Program-made: the position numbers and the translations under genes
Notes under the pieces: model-generated
Database searches by the model: none
Seen by the model: the letters and a program-made list of their open reading frames with translations, nothing else
What the model was told of the DNA's origin: nothing
Assembly (NCBI GenBank): GCA_965218785.1
Contig: OZ244650.1
Span: 288,001-352,000, forward strand
DNA from: Nitrosopumilus sp.
Lineage (GTDB): Archaea > Thermoproteota > Nitrososphaeria > Nitrososphaerales > Nitrosopumilaceae
Length of the DNA stretch: 64,000 nt
Direction of reading: 5' to 3'
Shown here: in pieces, positions 29,398 to 39,078 of the stretch
Position numbering within the stretch: the stretch's first letter is position 1
Layout of the letters: every line of letters starts with the position of its first letter

Positions 29398-29967
29398 TTA
29401 GATTACTTGCCAGGGTCGTGTAGCAAACGTGATTACATATCCAACACCAATTATGATTGACTGGTATGCGATGTTGGTATATGGGATTGGTTTGATAATT
29501 GGTTCCCCTTCAACGACAACTGTTTGACCTGGAGCGAGTCCTGGACCTACTTGTGCTACATTGAGCTGAGTGTGTACGTGGTAGACACCTGCTTCAAGTG
29601 CTTTTGCAGACAGTGAATATTCTATGTTGGTGTTTCCTGAAATGTCAAAGACATTACCTGGTGGATCTCTTGCCAACATCTCCCATCTGTTTCCTGCATT
29701 AGTAGATTCTGAGAAAATGGATAACCATCCTCTTAGGTCTCTTTCTACAAGACTGATTAGTGTCCCTTTAACTGTCAGGGTTTCACCTGTTTGTAGAGAT
29801 TGTCTGTTAAAGGTCTCATCTTCTATTTTGATGAAACGACTCTGAAGTTGTGCTTGGACACCGTGTGCATCTGCACTTGGAAGAATTGTTTCAACCCAGT
29901 TGAAACCCAACGTTCCTAGCGCGAGTACGACAGCTAGTCCGAATACGAAAATCTTTTTTTCGATCAT
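29398..29967 (-). CDS. amoB: Ammonia monooxygenase subunit B
   Basis: AHGVQAQLQSRF, YHVHTQL and TFATRPWQVI. Confidence 0.98.
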   Translation of the reverse strand: MIEKKIFVFGLAVVLALGTLGFNWVETILPSADAHGVQAQLQSRFIKIEDETFNRQSLQTGETLTVKGTLISLVERDLRGWLSIFSESTNAGNRWEMLARDPPGNVFDISGNTNIEYSLSAKALEAGVYHVHTQLNVAQVGPGLAPGQTVVVEGEPIIKPIPYTNIAYQSIIIGVGYVITFATRPWQVI

Positions 29968-30192
29968 AGATATCCCTAATATTTTGAATGAACATACACA
30001 TCGTTATATGTTTTACCTTCATAACGAGGATCGATACTTGGCACAATGATAATCATTGATGATAGACGATGAATCTAGTCAAAAAATATTATAATTCCTA
30101 TATTTAAAATCAGAAAAAATCCATTATTTTCATGATTTTCTTGAAACTATATGAAATTTTTGCTAAAAATTTGCTGCTTCAAAAACTCTTAC

Positions 30193-30199
30193 TTTATAT
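30193..30199 (+). promoter_or_regulatory. TATA box of amoC
   Basis: TTTATAT about 24 nt upstream of ATG 30223. Confidence 0.65.
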
Positions 30200-30222
30200 T
30201 CCGAATATACATGATAGTTACT

Positions 30223-30786
30223 ATGGCACAGATGCCCGCATTAATCCCAAAAGAAGTTGAGATTCAGAGACTAAAAAAAGTCTGGCTCATCGTTATTGCT
30301 ATGGGATCCACTGCAGCATCAGTCGAAGTAGACAACTTCGTTGATGGTTCTCTACATCAGACTTCTATCAGAGATAGTGCATTTACTCCCGCACACTGGT
30401 GGTTATACTCCCACTTCATCACATTACCACTTGGTTGGGGAGCAGCAGCAATCTATGATAGAAAGATACCTATTCTCAGAGGTCCAAATAATTCAATGAA
30501 CACCGGTTTGAAGATGACCATCCTTGGTTACCTTGCAACTATGTTCACAATTGGCGTTAATGAGATGTGGCATTTCTGGTTTGTAGAGGAAATCTTTGCG
30601 GTTCCAAATCACTGGATGTTTAACATGGGTGTAGTAGTTGCATTCATGGGCGCACTTGCATACGTAGTCAGAGTATATGCTAGACTCGTAGAACTAGGCG
30701 CAGAGACTCCTGGAGAGAACCCATATGTTGCAGAAATGTACAAGATGGCCTTGGAAGGCAAATTGTACAGTAGATCAATTCCATAG
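30223..30786 (+). CDS. amoC: Ammonia monooxygenase subunit C
   Basis: MAQMPALIPKEVEIQRLKK, DGSLHQ, FTPAHWWLYSH and NEMWHFWFVEE. Confidence 0.98.
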   Translation: MAQMPALIPKEVEIQRLKKVWLIVIAMGSTAASVEVDNFVDGSLHQTSIRDSAFTPAHWWLYSHFITLPLGWGAAAIYDRKIPILRGPNNSMNTGLKMTILGYLATMFTIGVNEMWHFWFVEEIFAVPNHWMFNMGVVVAFMGALAYVVRVYARLVELGAETPGENPYVAEMYKMALEGKLYSRSIP

Positions 30787-30904
30787 AAAAACACGTGCAA
30801 AAGCACACCTTTTTTCCTTTTATATCCTGATCATGACGTAGATCGTACTATATTCGCCAGTTTAAGAAAGATTTAAAAGGATTCTGAATCAGAATAAATC
30901 CATA

Positions 30905-31267
30905 ATGACTCTTCCTAAAGGATTCGGTTCAGGCGGTGGCGGTGGATCATCTAGCGCTGACGTAGAACGAATGATTGGCAGACGCGTTGAAAACATGACT
31001 GGAATGATCACAGTTTCATTCATAGCCGCATGGCTAGCAACTTTTGGTGGTACTGCAGCAGGATACTTTTATTATCCATGGGCATATCCAACACCTAGTG
31101 GTCACTATGCATTCATCGTACTTACAATCATTGAGGCAATAGGCTACATCTTCTGTGTCAAAGTCATGGAAGAAGGTTCCAACAAGAATAGTAATGGTCT
31201 AGTCGCTGGTGTTATAGCCGGTGTTACAGTCGGTACAATTCTTATATCATTATACGTTGGTAACTAA
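30905..31267 (+). CDS. amoX: Ammonia monooxygenase subunit X
   Basis: Lies between amoC and amoA; ERMIGRRVENM and YYPWAYP. Confidence 0.93.
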   Translation: MTLPKGFGSGGGGGSSSADVERMIGRRVENMTGMITVSFIAAWLATFGGTAAGYFYYPWAYPTPSGHYAFIVLTIIEAIGYIFCVKVMEEGSNKNSNGLVAGVIAGVTVGTILISLYVGN

Positions 31268-31336
31268 AAAGACCCCTTCAGACACTTCTTTTTCATTTTT
31301 AGGTTCAAAATAACGATCTTCATAGCTACTCTAAAA

Positions 31337-31344
31337 TTTATATA
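31337..31344 (+). promoter_or_regulatory. TATA box of amoA
   Basis: AAAA (BRE-like) followed by TTTATATA about 23 nt upstream of the ATG. Confidence 0.7.
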
Positions 31345-31366
31345 CTAACCCATTATTCTACAACAC

Positions 31367-32017
31367 ATGGTCTGGTTAAGACGATGTACTCACTATTTGT
31401 TCATAATAGTAGTCGCAGTTAACTCAACACTGTTAACAATTAATGCAGGAGATTACATCTTCTACACTGACTGGGCTTGGACTTCATTTACGGTATTTTC
31501 AATATCGCAAACGTTGATGCTTGTAGTAGGTGCAACATATTACCTAACATTTACAGGCGTTCCAGGTACCGCAACGTACTACGCTCTAATAATGACAGTA
31601 TACACATGGATTGCAAAAGGTGCATGGTTTGCACTCGGATATCCATATGACTTCATTGTAACTCCAGTTTGGCTGCCATCAGCAATGCTGTTGGACTTGG
31701 TTTACTGGGCAACAAAGAAGAACAAACACTCTTTGATACTGTTTGGCGGCGTACTAGTAGGAATGTCATTACCATTGTTCAATATGGTAAACCTGATAAC
31801 AGTAGCAGACCCACTTGAAACGGCATTCAAGTATCCAAGACCCACATTGCCACCATACATGACACCGATAGAGCCGCAGGTTGGAAAGTTCTATAACAGT
31901 CCAGTTGCTCTAGGTGCAGGTGCAGGTGCAGTGTTGTCAGTCACTATGGCTGCGTTGGGTGTTAAACTCAACACTTGGACTTACAGATGGATGGCCGCCT
32001 GGTCAAAGTGGGACTAA
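31367..32017 (+). CDS. amoA: Ammonia monooxygenase subunit A
   Basis: MVWLRRCTHY...GDYIFYTDWAW...AAWSKWD. Confidence 0.99.
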   Translation: MVWLRRCTHYLFIIVVAVNSTLLTINAGDYIFYTDWAWTSFTVFSISQTLMLVVGATYYLTFTGVPGTATYYALIMTVYTWIAKGAWFALGYPYDFIVTPVWLPSAMLLDLVYWATKKNKHSLILFGGVLVGMSLPLFNMVNLITVADPLETAFKYPRPTLPPYMTPIEPQVGKFYNSPVALGAGAGAVLSVTMAALGVKLNTWTYRWMAAWSKWD

Positions 32018-32024
32018 ACTCACA

Positions 32025-32046
32025 ACTTTTTCCTTTTCATTTTATT
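32025..32046 (+). terminator. U-rich archaeal terminator after amoA
   Basis: Several T-tracts directly after the stop codon. Confidence 0.5.
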
Positions 32047-32207
32047 AGTCTGGCTTAGAGTATTCTAAGCTATAGTTTTCATTTTGCAAAAACCAAACAA
32101 TACAAAGTTTGTATTTAAGCTAATTCTATATTTGATAAAAAAATATTGCACATCTTGTAATCTTTTGTAACTTATGTCCACATTAAGTAAATTCCAAAGT
32201 CTCAAGA

Positions 32208-33068
32208 ATGAGGCAACAGTGCAGTCAGTTACTTGCGACTCCAAAACCATTTGTAAAGTGGGCCGGAGGCAAAAGACAACTGATTCCAATTTTAAATGAA
32301 AATCTGCCTAAAACCTTTGGAACATATTATGAGCCGTTCTTGGGGGGCGGCGCACTTTTATTTCATATTCTCACCGAGCGAGCCGGATCAAAATGCAGCA
32401 TCTCTGATCTAAACTCTGATTTGGTATTGGCCTATACTACCATCCGAAACAGAATTGATGAATTAATCCGTTCTCTAAAGGTCCATGAAAGAAACTATCA
32501 AAAGAATTCAAAATCTTACTACTATTCTGTTAGGGATGGCAATCCTAGAAGCGAGATTGAAAAGATATCCAGACTGCTCTTTTTGAACAGGACGTGCTTT
32601 AATGGATTGTACCGTGTTAACAGCAAGGGAAAATTCAACGTCCCTCTTGGAAAATACACAAATCCAAATATCGTCAACGAAGAGAACCTTCGCTCTGTTA
32701 GTGGCATTTTACAATCAAGATGTGTCTCAATAAAATGCCGTGATTTTGAGGCGGTTTTATGCGATGCCAAAAAAGGAGATCTTGTATACTTTGATCCTCC
32801 ATATCAGCCAGTTAGCCAGACTGCCAACTTTACCAGTTATACAAACAAGGATTTTACATATGATGATTTGAGTAGGCTTGCAGAGCTATGTACGAAACTA
32901 GACTCTAAAGGATGCAAGGTTTTGTTATCCAATTCAGACTCTAAAACAGTCTCAGATATGTTTGAAAAGAGGCCGTGGAAAATAAACAAGATTCAGGCCA
33001 ACCGCTCAATTAACTCCAACCCTAAGAAGAGAACTGGACACTTTGAACTATTGATTAAAAATTATTAA
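32208..33068 (+). CDS. dam: DNA adenine methyltransferase (D12/Dam class)
   Basis: KWAGGK, EPFLGGG, FNGLYRVN, DPPY and LSNS motifs. Confidence 0.93.
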   Translation: MRQQCSQLLATPKPFVKWAGGKRQLIPILNENLPKTFGTYYEPFLGGGALLFHILTERAGSKCSISDLNSDLVLAYTTIRNRIDELIRSLKVHERNYQKNSKSYYYSVRDGNPRSEIEKISRLLFLNRTCFNGLYRVNSKGKFNVPLGKYTNPNIVNEENLRSVSGILQSRCVSIKCRDFEAVLCDAKKGDLVYFDPPYQPVSQTANFTSYTNKDFTYDDLSRLAELCTKLDSKGCKVLLSNSDSKTVSDMFEKRPWKINKIQANRSINSNPKKRTGHFELLIKNY

Positions 33069-33072
33069 AAAA

Positions 33073-33146
33073 AGCTTCGAACGGGATCTGAACCCGTGAC
33101 CTTTACATTACCAATGTAACGCTCTACCAGACTGAGCTACCGAAGC
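33073..33146 (-). tRNA. tRNA-Thr(GGT)
   Basis: Cloverleaf with anticodon arm TTACA-TTGGTAA-TGTAA. Confidence 0.95.
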
Positions 33147-33289
33147 ATGATTTTCCCCCGTGGAAAATCCTTATAATTCTTCATTCTTGTCCAAAATTCT
33201 CTAAACTGAATAAAATTCGACTCTTAACCTTTTAGTAGTGCAGCATACATGAGAATACCCGAGGCAGGCAGCTGATCTTACTCCTGAGG

Positions 33290-33490
33290 AGATCAAAGAC
33301 ATTGATGAGTTTTATGCCCCGGATGATGACAAGTAATTCTCCATATCGTTGCAAGCACTCTTGCCCTGCCTGTATTTTCCAAGACGTGAAGGATTTTCAG
33401 TTTTGCAGCTTTCTGCTGTAAACGGCTTTCCTGAATGAGGGATCAAGGTTTTTGCAATGCTTGGGAAATTGTCTTTCTTGTGGCATTTTA
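33290..33490 (-). pseudogene. Probable degraded RelE/ParE-like toxin remnant
   Basis: RQFPKHCKNLDPSFRKAV, a frameshift, then ENPSRLGKYRQG. Confidence 0.35.
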
Positions 33491-33654
33491 GATCTCACTT
33501 GAGATTCTACCTTGGGCTCGGATTCGTCAAAAGACAGTTTTACTGTCTTGATAATTTGCAATCTCAACTGTTCCTTTTCTTCTCCCTAGCACCAAGACTC
33601 GTATGGTGTCTGGCTATCAGAAGATATTTTTAGTTTGCTGGTTGGTTAAAGCAT

Positions 33655-34005
33655 ATGATAAAGTACTTTGTGCTTTTGTTGATTTTAATTGGGATTGTAG
33701 GTGTAACCATTCCTAGTGTTTCAGCACTGTGTGCGGCAGGAACACTTGAATGGTGGGAATCATGTAATGATACTTCTGCTGTATACTACTGCAATGGACA
33801 GTGGGAAGAATGTGATTTAATTAATAATACCAAACTGAACATCATCATCCTAGTCGCTATTGCAGTAGCTGAGATTTTGGTATTTATTGTTTGGAGGAAG
33901 AAAATGAAAAAGAGACACTATATTATCATGTCATTAGTTGGAATAACTGCATTATCTGTAATTGGATTATTATCTGTAACTAATTTTTGTCCTTGCTGGT
34001 TTTGA
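33655..34005 (+). CDS. Small Cys-rich secreted/membrane protein (possibly two fused ORFs)
   Basis: Signal peptide, 4 Cys, TM ending WRKK, then a second MKKRHY hydrophobic segment. Confidence 0.5.
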   Translation: MIKYFVLLLILIGIVGVTIPSVSALCAAGTLEWWESCNDTSAVYYCNGQWEECDLINNTKLNIIILVAIAVAEILVFIVWRKKMKKRHYIIMSLVGITALSVIGLLSVTNFCPCWF

Positions 34006-34201
34006 TAAATATCTTTGAATTGATTTATTGCCCGTCTGTTATTTCTTTATGAATTCGGAAAATAATATCTGAATACCGCTGATGCTGCTTGATCCATCCT
34101 GCCATGAATAGTTTACAAAATGACCTGTTTTAGTACAAGTTGATCAAGACCAAAAATATCTCATCTAAACTGTTAAATTTCACACATACTTTTACTCTTT
34201 T

Positions 34202-34321
34202 GGAGGAGTAATCAAGCCTGGCCAAAGTAAGCACTATGCTTTTGGACATGCAGGACTTAAGATCAAATAATGGGTGATCCTGTCTTTCAGGAGTTCGTGG
34301 GTTCAAATCCCACCTCCTCCA
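34202..34321 (+). tRNA. tRNA-Leu(TAA) with two introns (34228-34247 at 23/24; 34262-34276 at 37/38)
   Basis: Removing both BHB introns gives a cloverleaf with a long variable arm. Confidence 0.9.
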
Positions 34322-34327
34322 TAACGA

Positions 34328-34714
34328 CTATCTTGAATGTCTGATTCCCTTAGCGTTTAGAACCTCGTATACATCTGGCAGTGAGAACACAAAGCCAATA
34401 TGTACACAGTCTTTTTCATCACAAAGCTGGCAGAACAATTCTCCTTTCTGAACTGCAACCTCGGCAATTCTGTTTTTGATATTATCCTTTAGTATTACAC
34501 GATCATCATCAACAGATATCTTTTCAATCTTTGGAGCATATCTTGCAAAGGTCTTGTCCTTTTGCATCATCTCCTCTAACATGTAAGTAACATAACCTGA
34601 AAAACTGTTGACACCTTTCATTGCCAAGTCGTTTTTACTCTTTTGGAAAACTTCCTGGAATTTGTCATAAACAGTCTCTGATACTGTGATTGATTTGAAT
34701 CCGGCTTTTGGCAA
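34328..34714 (-). CDS. Conserved protein with RHH-like N-terminus and SWIM-like Zn finger
   Basis: FKSITVSETVY and CQLCDEKDCVH. Confidence 0.8.
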   Translation of the reverse strand: MPKAGFKSITVSETVYDKFQEVFQKSKNDLAMKGVNSFSGYVTYMLEEMMQKDKTFARYAPKIEKISVDDDRVILKDNIKNRIAEVAVQKGELFCQLCDEKDCVHIGFVFSLPDVYEVLNAKGIRHSR

Positions 34715-34964
34715 TTTACTTTTCCTTACCGTACAATAAAGTACGGAAGTATATAATGTTTTAATTAAGGTCTGCTGGGTTATTGTGATATATGGTGGAA
34801 TGGAATCTTCCTAATTAAAATTCTAAAACGTGGTTTGTCTTGGTCATTTTGATATTTTTCAGGCAAAAGTATTTTATCGTGATTTGAAACGAATGGTTTT
34901 TTCTCATACAATCCACCTCCTGTTATGTATGCTGTCTTGTTCTCTGGCATTGAATCAGGATCAT

Positions 34965-35258
34965 CATGGCTGCAGAGAAGATGATTCTGGATTTGCAGAT
35001 TATGAAACTGATTAAACCTCGTGGAACTAATTTTGAAATCAACTATTACATCAGGGGAAGAACCCTGACTTGACGCCTGACCGTAGTTAATAAAATAACT
35101 TTGATTGGTTCTCGTCGCAGATTATTCAAACCTGCAATAGATGCGTCATTTACCGGTATGGTTTTTGCTGCTCATGATTGATTTACATATTTTGGAGAAA
35201 TTCTCCGATGTATGGGACACTCCAAAATCTGACGTTGAAAGTATTTCTAAAACCCTGA
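34965..35258 (+). pseudogene. Degraded Zn-dependent alcohol dehydrogenase (MDR) C-terminus
   Basis: Fragments KLIKPRGT, LKSTI, ITLIGSR, FKPAIDA and TLKVFLKP* fall in shifting frames. Confidence 0.65.
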
Positions 35259-35325
35259 ATGCTGTTATTTTTGGTGAAATTCAAATTTCATCAAACGCTA
35301 TAAACTAAACTCACGTAGAACTTGC

Positions 35326-37332
35326 ATGAAATCCTTCAAAAATGATGATTCATCCCGTAGTATGCCAGAAAATCATACTAGTAGTAGTACGGTAAATAAC
35401 AATTCTAAAAAAATAATCGCTGCAGTACTAATTACAGCAGTCTTGGTCGTAAGTGTAACATCAATTTCATTTGCAGATCATCTTTCATTACTACAGCAAA
35501 TTCAAAATGGGATTCCTACTGAAGATTTACAATGTAAAGAAAATCATGTTTTGGTTCTCAAAAATGATGGAAATCCTGCATGTGTGGATGAGGATGATGT
35601 CTTTAGATTGTTGCAAACCGGATGGGCTACAAAGGTAATTCCTCAAAAAAACAATCAGCCCCATATTGAAAACATGGTTGATACATGGTATTCTCAACAT
35701 TCTGCTGTTCCTGAGGAATCCGCACCCGCATATGCACCCGCACCACCGGCAGATTCCTCGATAGTTTATGACTCCGAACCTACTGCTATGCGTTCGGCCC
35801 CGGAGGTGGCTTACACGGATTCTGGGAATATTGGATTTGCAGTAGGCGGAGCCCAGGATATCAATAATTTTAGGGAAAACATTGAAAATGATTTCCTGCC
35901 CCTGCACACTGATATCACACATGAGGGATTATTCTATGACTATTTTTTTGACACTGGAAAATCCCAGGAATGTAAAAAATTATTTTGTCCTTCATACAGC
36001 TATGCAATTTCTGAAGATCCCTTCTCAAAAAATGACGATTATTACCTTTCAGTTGGATTGAATTCTGGAATTAAAGAATCTGATTTTCAACGAAAGAAAT
36101 TGAATCTAGTCATCGTGCTGGATGTTTCTGGTTCAATGAGTTCCCAGTTCAATACGTACCACTATGATAATTCTTGGTATTACTCTAACATGGATGATAA
36201 AAAATCTAAAATGCAACTTGCAAACGAGTCTGTTGTGGGTCTGCTTGATCATCTAACAGATGATGATAATTTTGGTGTAGTTCTATTTGATGATCACGCA
36301 CAAGTTGCAAAGCCGCTAGAAAACATGGGATTTACTGACAAAAAAAGACTTGCAGAAAATATTTTGCAGATACATCCTGTAGGTGGAACAAATATGGAAT
36401 CAGGAATGGTTCTTGGCACTTCCTTATTTGATGAATTTGAAGATATCAATTCTGATGAATATGAAAACAGAATCATCTTTCTGACTGATGCAATGCCAAA
36501 CCTTGGGAACACTTCGGATTCTGGATTGCTGGGAATGATAACTAACAATGCAAAAGAGAGAATCTACACCACATTTATCGGGATTGGAGTTGATTTTAAC
36601 ACCGAACTTGCAGAAAAACTAACTAAAGCAAAGGGATCAAACTATTATTCTGTTCATTCTGCATCCGAATTCAAAAATAGGATGGTTGATGAGTTTGAAT
36701 TTATGGTGACTCCCTTGGTTTTTAATTTGCTTTTGAGTCTTGATGCAGAAGGATATGATATCAAAAAAGTCTACGGTTCCCCAGAAGCTGATGAATCTAC
36801 AGGACAGATCATGAAGGTAAACACGCTATTTCCATCAAAAACAAAAGGCGGTGAGATCAAGGGTGGCATTGTCTTACTAAAACTGGAAAAAACATCTGAG
36901 GATGCAAAACTTGTCCTAAAAACCAGTTATGAAGACAGAAATGGCCAACTTGACGGTGATCAAGTTGTCATTAGAATTGATGATCAAGAATCAAACCATT
37001 ATGATAATTCTGGAATTCAAAAGGGCGTGCTGTTATCACGATATGCAGAACTAATGAAGACCTGGGTTTTTGATGAAAGAAGTTCACTCTATGATGATAG
37101 AGCCATCATGGAGCCTTCTTTCTTTTACGACCAAGGATTACATGTACCTCAATATGTAGAGACAAAATCATTAGGTCCGTGGGAGAGGGCGTCTTCCCCG
37201 TTACAGGTCTCTGATGAATATGAAAAACTGTTCATGGAGTTTAATGAATACTTTTACCGTGAAATGAAGTCAATTGGAGATGATTCCCTGGAACAGGAAA
37301 TTAAAATCCTAAACAAGCTTGAGAATTATTAA
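35326..37332 (+). CDS. Membrane-anchored/secreted VWA-domain protein
   Basis: N-terminal TM, C..LVL...PACV..GW module, MIDAS DVSGS, GGTNM, LTDA. Confidence 0.88.
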   Translation: MKSFKNDDSSRSMPENHTSSSTVNNNSKKIIAAVLITAVLVVSVTSISFADHLSLLQQIQNGIPTEDLQCKENHVLVLKNDGNPACVDEDDVFRLLQTGWATKVIPQKNNQPHIENMVDTWYSQHSAVPEESAPAYAPAPPADSSIVYDSEPTAMRSAPEVAYTDSGNIGFAVGGAQDINNFRENIENDFLPLHTDITHEGLFYDYFFDTGKSQECKKLFCPSYSYAISEDPFSKNDDYYLSVGLNSGIKESDFQRKKLNLVIVLDVSGSMSSQFNTYHYDNSWYYSNMDDKKSKMQLANESVVGLLDHLTDDDNFGVVLFDDHAQVAKPLENMGFTDKKRLAENILQIHPVGGTNMESGMVLGTSLFDEFEDINSDEYENRIIFLTDAMPNLGNTSDSGLLGMITNNAKERIYTTFIGIGVDFNTELAEKLTKAKGSNYYSVHSASEFKNRMVDEFEFMVTPLVFNLLLSLDAEGYDIKKVYGSPEADESTGQIMKVNTLFPSKTKGGEIKGGIVLLKLEKTSEDAKLVLKTSYEDRNGQLDGDQVVIRIDDQESNHYDNSGIQKGVLLSRYAELMKTWVFDERSSLYDDRAIMEPSFFYDQGLHVPQYVETKSLGPWERASSPLQVSDEYEKLFMEFNEYFYREMKSIGDDSLEQEIKILNKLENY

Positions 37333-37580
37333 TGAAAAATAAAAAAATGCCAACTAGGAGAATTATTTCATTTTACTCTTGGCAACCAGTGCCAGATGAT
37401 TATGATATGCTTGTATGAAACAGGGATTGGGAGTTAATTTCCATCAGCGTCATTTAACAGATTGCTAAATTAATGACATAAATGATCAAGAAATCACCTG
37501 TGTCTTTTTAGAAATCATGCTTAATTCAAGACCTTATGTCGATTCATACAATTGATATTCAGTAGATCCTCAGATTGAGC

Positions 37581-38165
37581 CTAAGAGATTATCTTTAACG
37601 GATCAGTGTTTGCAATTTCATTAATTGTGACATACATGTGAAATTCATCACCTTCGGTTTTGACTGAAAAATTATCAATTACAGAGCAATACTTTTTGTT
37701 ATTTTCAGAATCTTCCAAGTCACTAGTTGCAAGCAAACCATGAGAGATCAGATATGAGATATTTTCAGATACGATGCCAAGCCCGATACTGGTCCTAGAT
37801 GCAATCTCCCATATGGTCAGCGGATAGTCAAATGCAATATCCAAAATTTGTTTTTTAATAGAGTCATCAAAAGAAGTAAGAATTGCATTTTTTAGCGAGT
37901 CATCTTTTATTTCCACAACATGCTCTGATTTTGATTCAAGAGAGCAGATGGACTCTAGAGTTTTTTTGATTAGTGGGGTCCCATCATCACCTAGAACCTG
38001 GCCCGTGATTGATTGGAATTTTTCAAAATCTTTGATTGAAGATAGTAACGTCATGTGGTACTGTTCAAAAAGAGAGTTTTTAATTTTTGTAATTTCTACA
38101 TCGCCTACAACATCTGAGAACTTTTTTTCAAAAGAGGTGGCAAGGAGAGTCTCCATCGAAGTCAT
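37581..38165 (-). CDS. Winged-HTH transcriptional regulator-like protein
   Basis: DSIKKQIL...PLTIWEIA...LISHGLL. Confidence 0.65.
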   Translation of the reverse strand: MTSMETLLATSFEKKFSDVVGDVEITKIKNSLFEQYHMTLLSSIKDFEKFQSITGQVLGDDGTPLIKKTLESICSLESKSEHVVEIKDDSLKNAILTSFDDSIKKQILDIAFDYPLTIWEIASRTSIGLGIVSENISYLISHGLLATSDLEDSENNKKYCSVIDNFSVKTEGDEFHMYVTINEIANTDPLKIIS

Positions 38166-38674
38166 GGATAAATTGGCTCTCCTATTGGAAGTTTTGGCAA
38201 ACGCGACAAGTTTACCTGAAGTCGTATCTGACTTATTTTTGTAGAAACGCTAAACTCGGCCTTTGAGATTATTTTGTCATATAATCGTACACGTTTTGTA
38301 GATTTTGTGTATCCTACTGGCAAAATAAAACCATCTTGCAACAACTCGTTGAACTTTCTATAAGCTGAGGACTGGGACGCACCACACTGATTCAACAACT
38401 CATCTTTTGAAATGGGGCTGTCTATGAGCAAAAGAATCTGGCGCTTTACTGGATCAGAATAGATTCCAATAATTTTTTCAGCCAGGTTGTGTTCGTGAAG
38501 TTCAATCCAAAGTGCATAATCATGATCTTTGAGTATCGACAATGCGGCCTTTACAGTGGATTCCTGAAACTTGTTCTTACAAGCAAGCATAGTTCGTTGA
38601 CCTGGCTCAAGATGATTATTGGCATTTCTTATTGTATCCATGCACAATAGTTGCGAGAACTTGTTTGGCATCAA
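38162..38674 (-). CDS. Winged-HTH transcriptional regulator-like protein
   Basis: DPVKRQIL...SSAYRKFNELLQDGFI; 4-bp overlap with the next gene. Confidence 0.7.
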   Translation of the reverse strand: MMPNKFSQLLCMDTIRNANNHLEPGQRTMLACKNKFQESTVKAALSILKDHDYALWIELHEHNLAEKIIGIYSDPVKRQILLLIDSPISKDELLNQCGASQSSAYRKFNELLQDGFILPVGYTKSTKRVRLYDKIISKAEFSVSTKISQIRLQVNLSRLPKLPIGEPIYP

Positions 38675-38778
38675 GTATAATACGTTAAAATCCTACTTAA
38701 GAGATACTATTTTTCTTTTTTCTGGGAAAATTTTTTTTCTTTAAATAACAGATAAAATCTAGGCGTAAAAAAGGGGAT

Positions 38779-39078
38779 TTATCCCCGTCCGATTGCGGCA
38801 TATCTTCCTTTTTTGCCCCTGATGAAAAGCATTGCAGCTATTCCTCCAAAGATGCCTCCTGAAAGGATGGATGCTCCAAGTACGCCATCTGCGGCAAAGT
38901 ACGGGGTGCCAGATCCTATGGCTCCATCCTCTATTGCAATTTCTACCTTGTTTTTTGCATCCTCCATTCCCTGGTACAGTCCCTTATCTGGAACATCATA
39001 TTGTGCAAATGAGGGCTGTACAAAAGTTGCCATCAGCGCTGCAAGAAACAGTCCAGATAGGATTGTGTATTTTCGCAT
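38779..39078 (-). CDS. AmoZ-like paralogue of 27638-27970
   Basis: Signal peptide and shared GSGTPY..ADGV.GA...FGGIA...G.YAA.GRG C-terminus. Confidence 0.8.
   Translation of the reverse strand: MRKYTILSGLFLAALMATFVQPSFAQYDVPDKGLYQGMEDAKNKVEIAIEDGAIGSGTPYFAADGVLGASILSGGIFGGIAAMLFIRGKKGRYAAIGRG

Noticed and set aside
32208-33068. Restriction-modification system
   Set aside because: No adjacent endonuclease; treated as an orphan methylase
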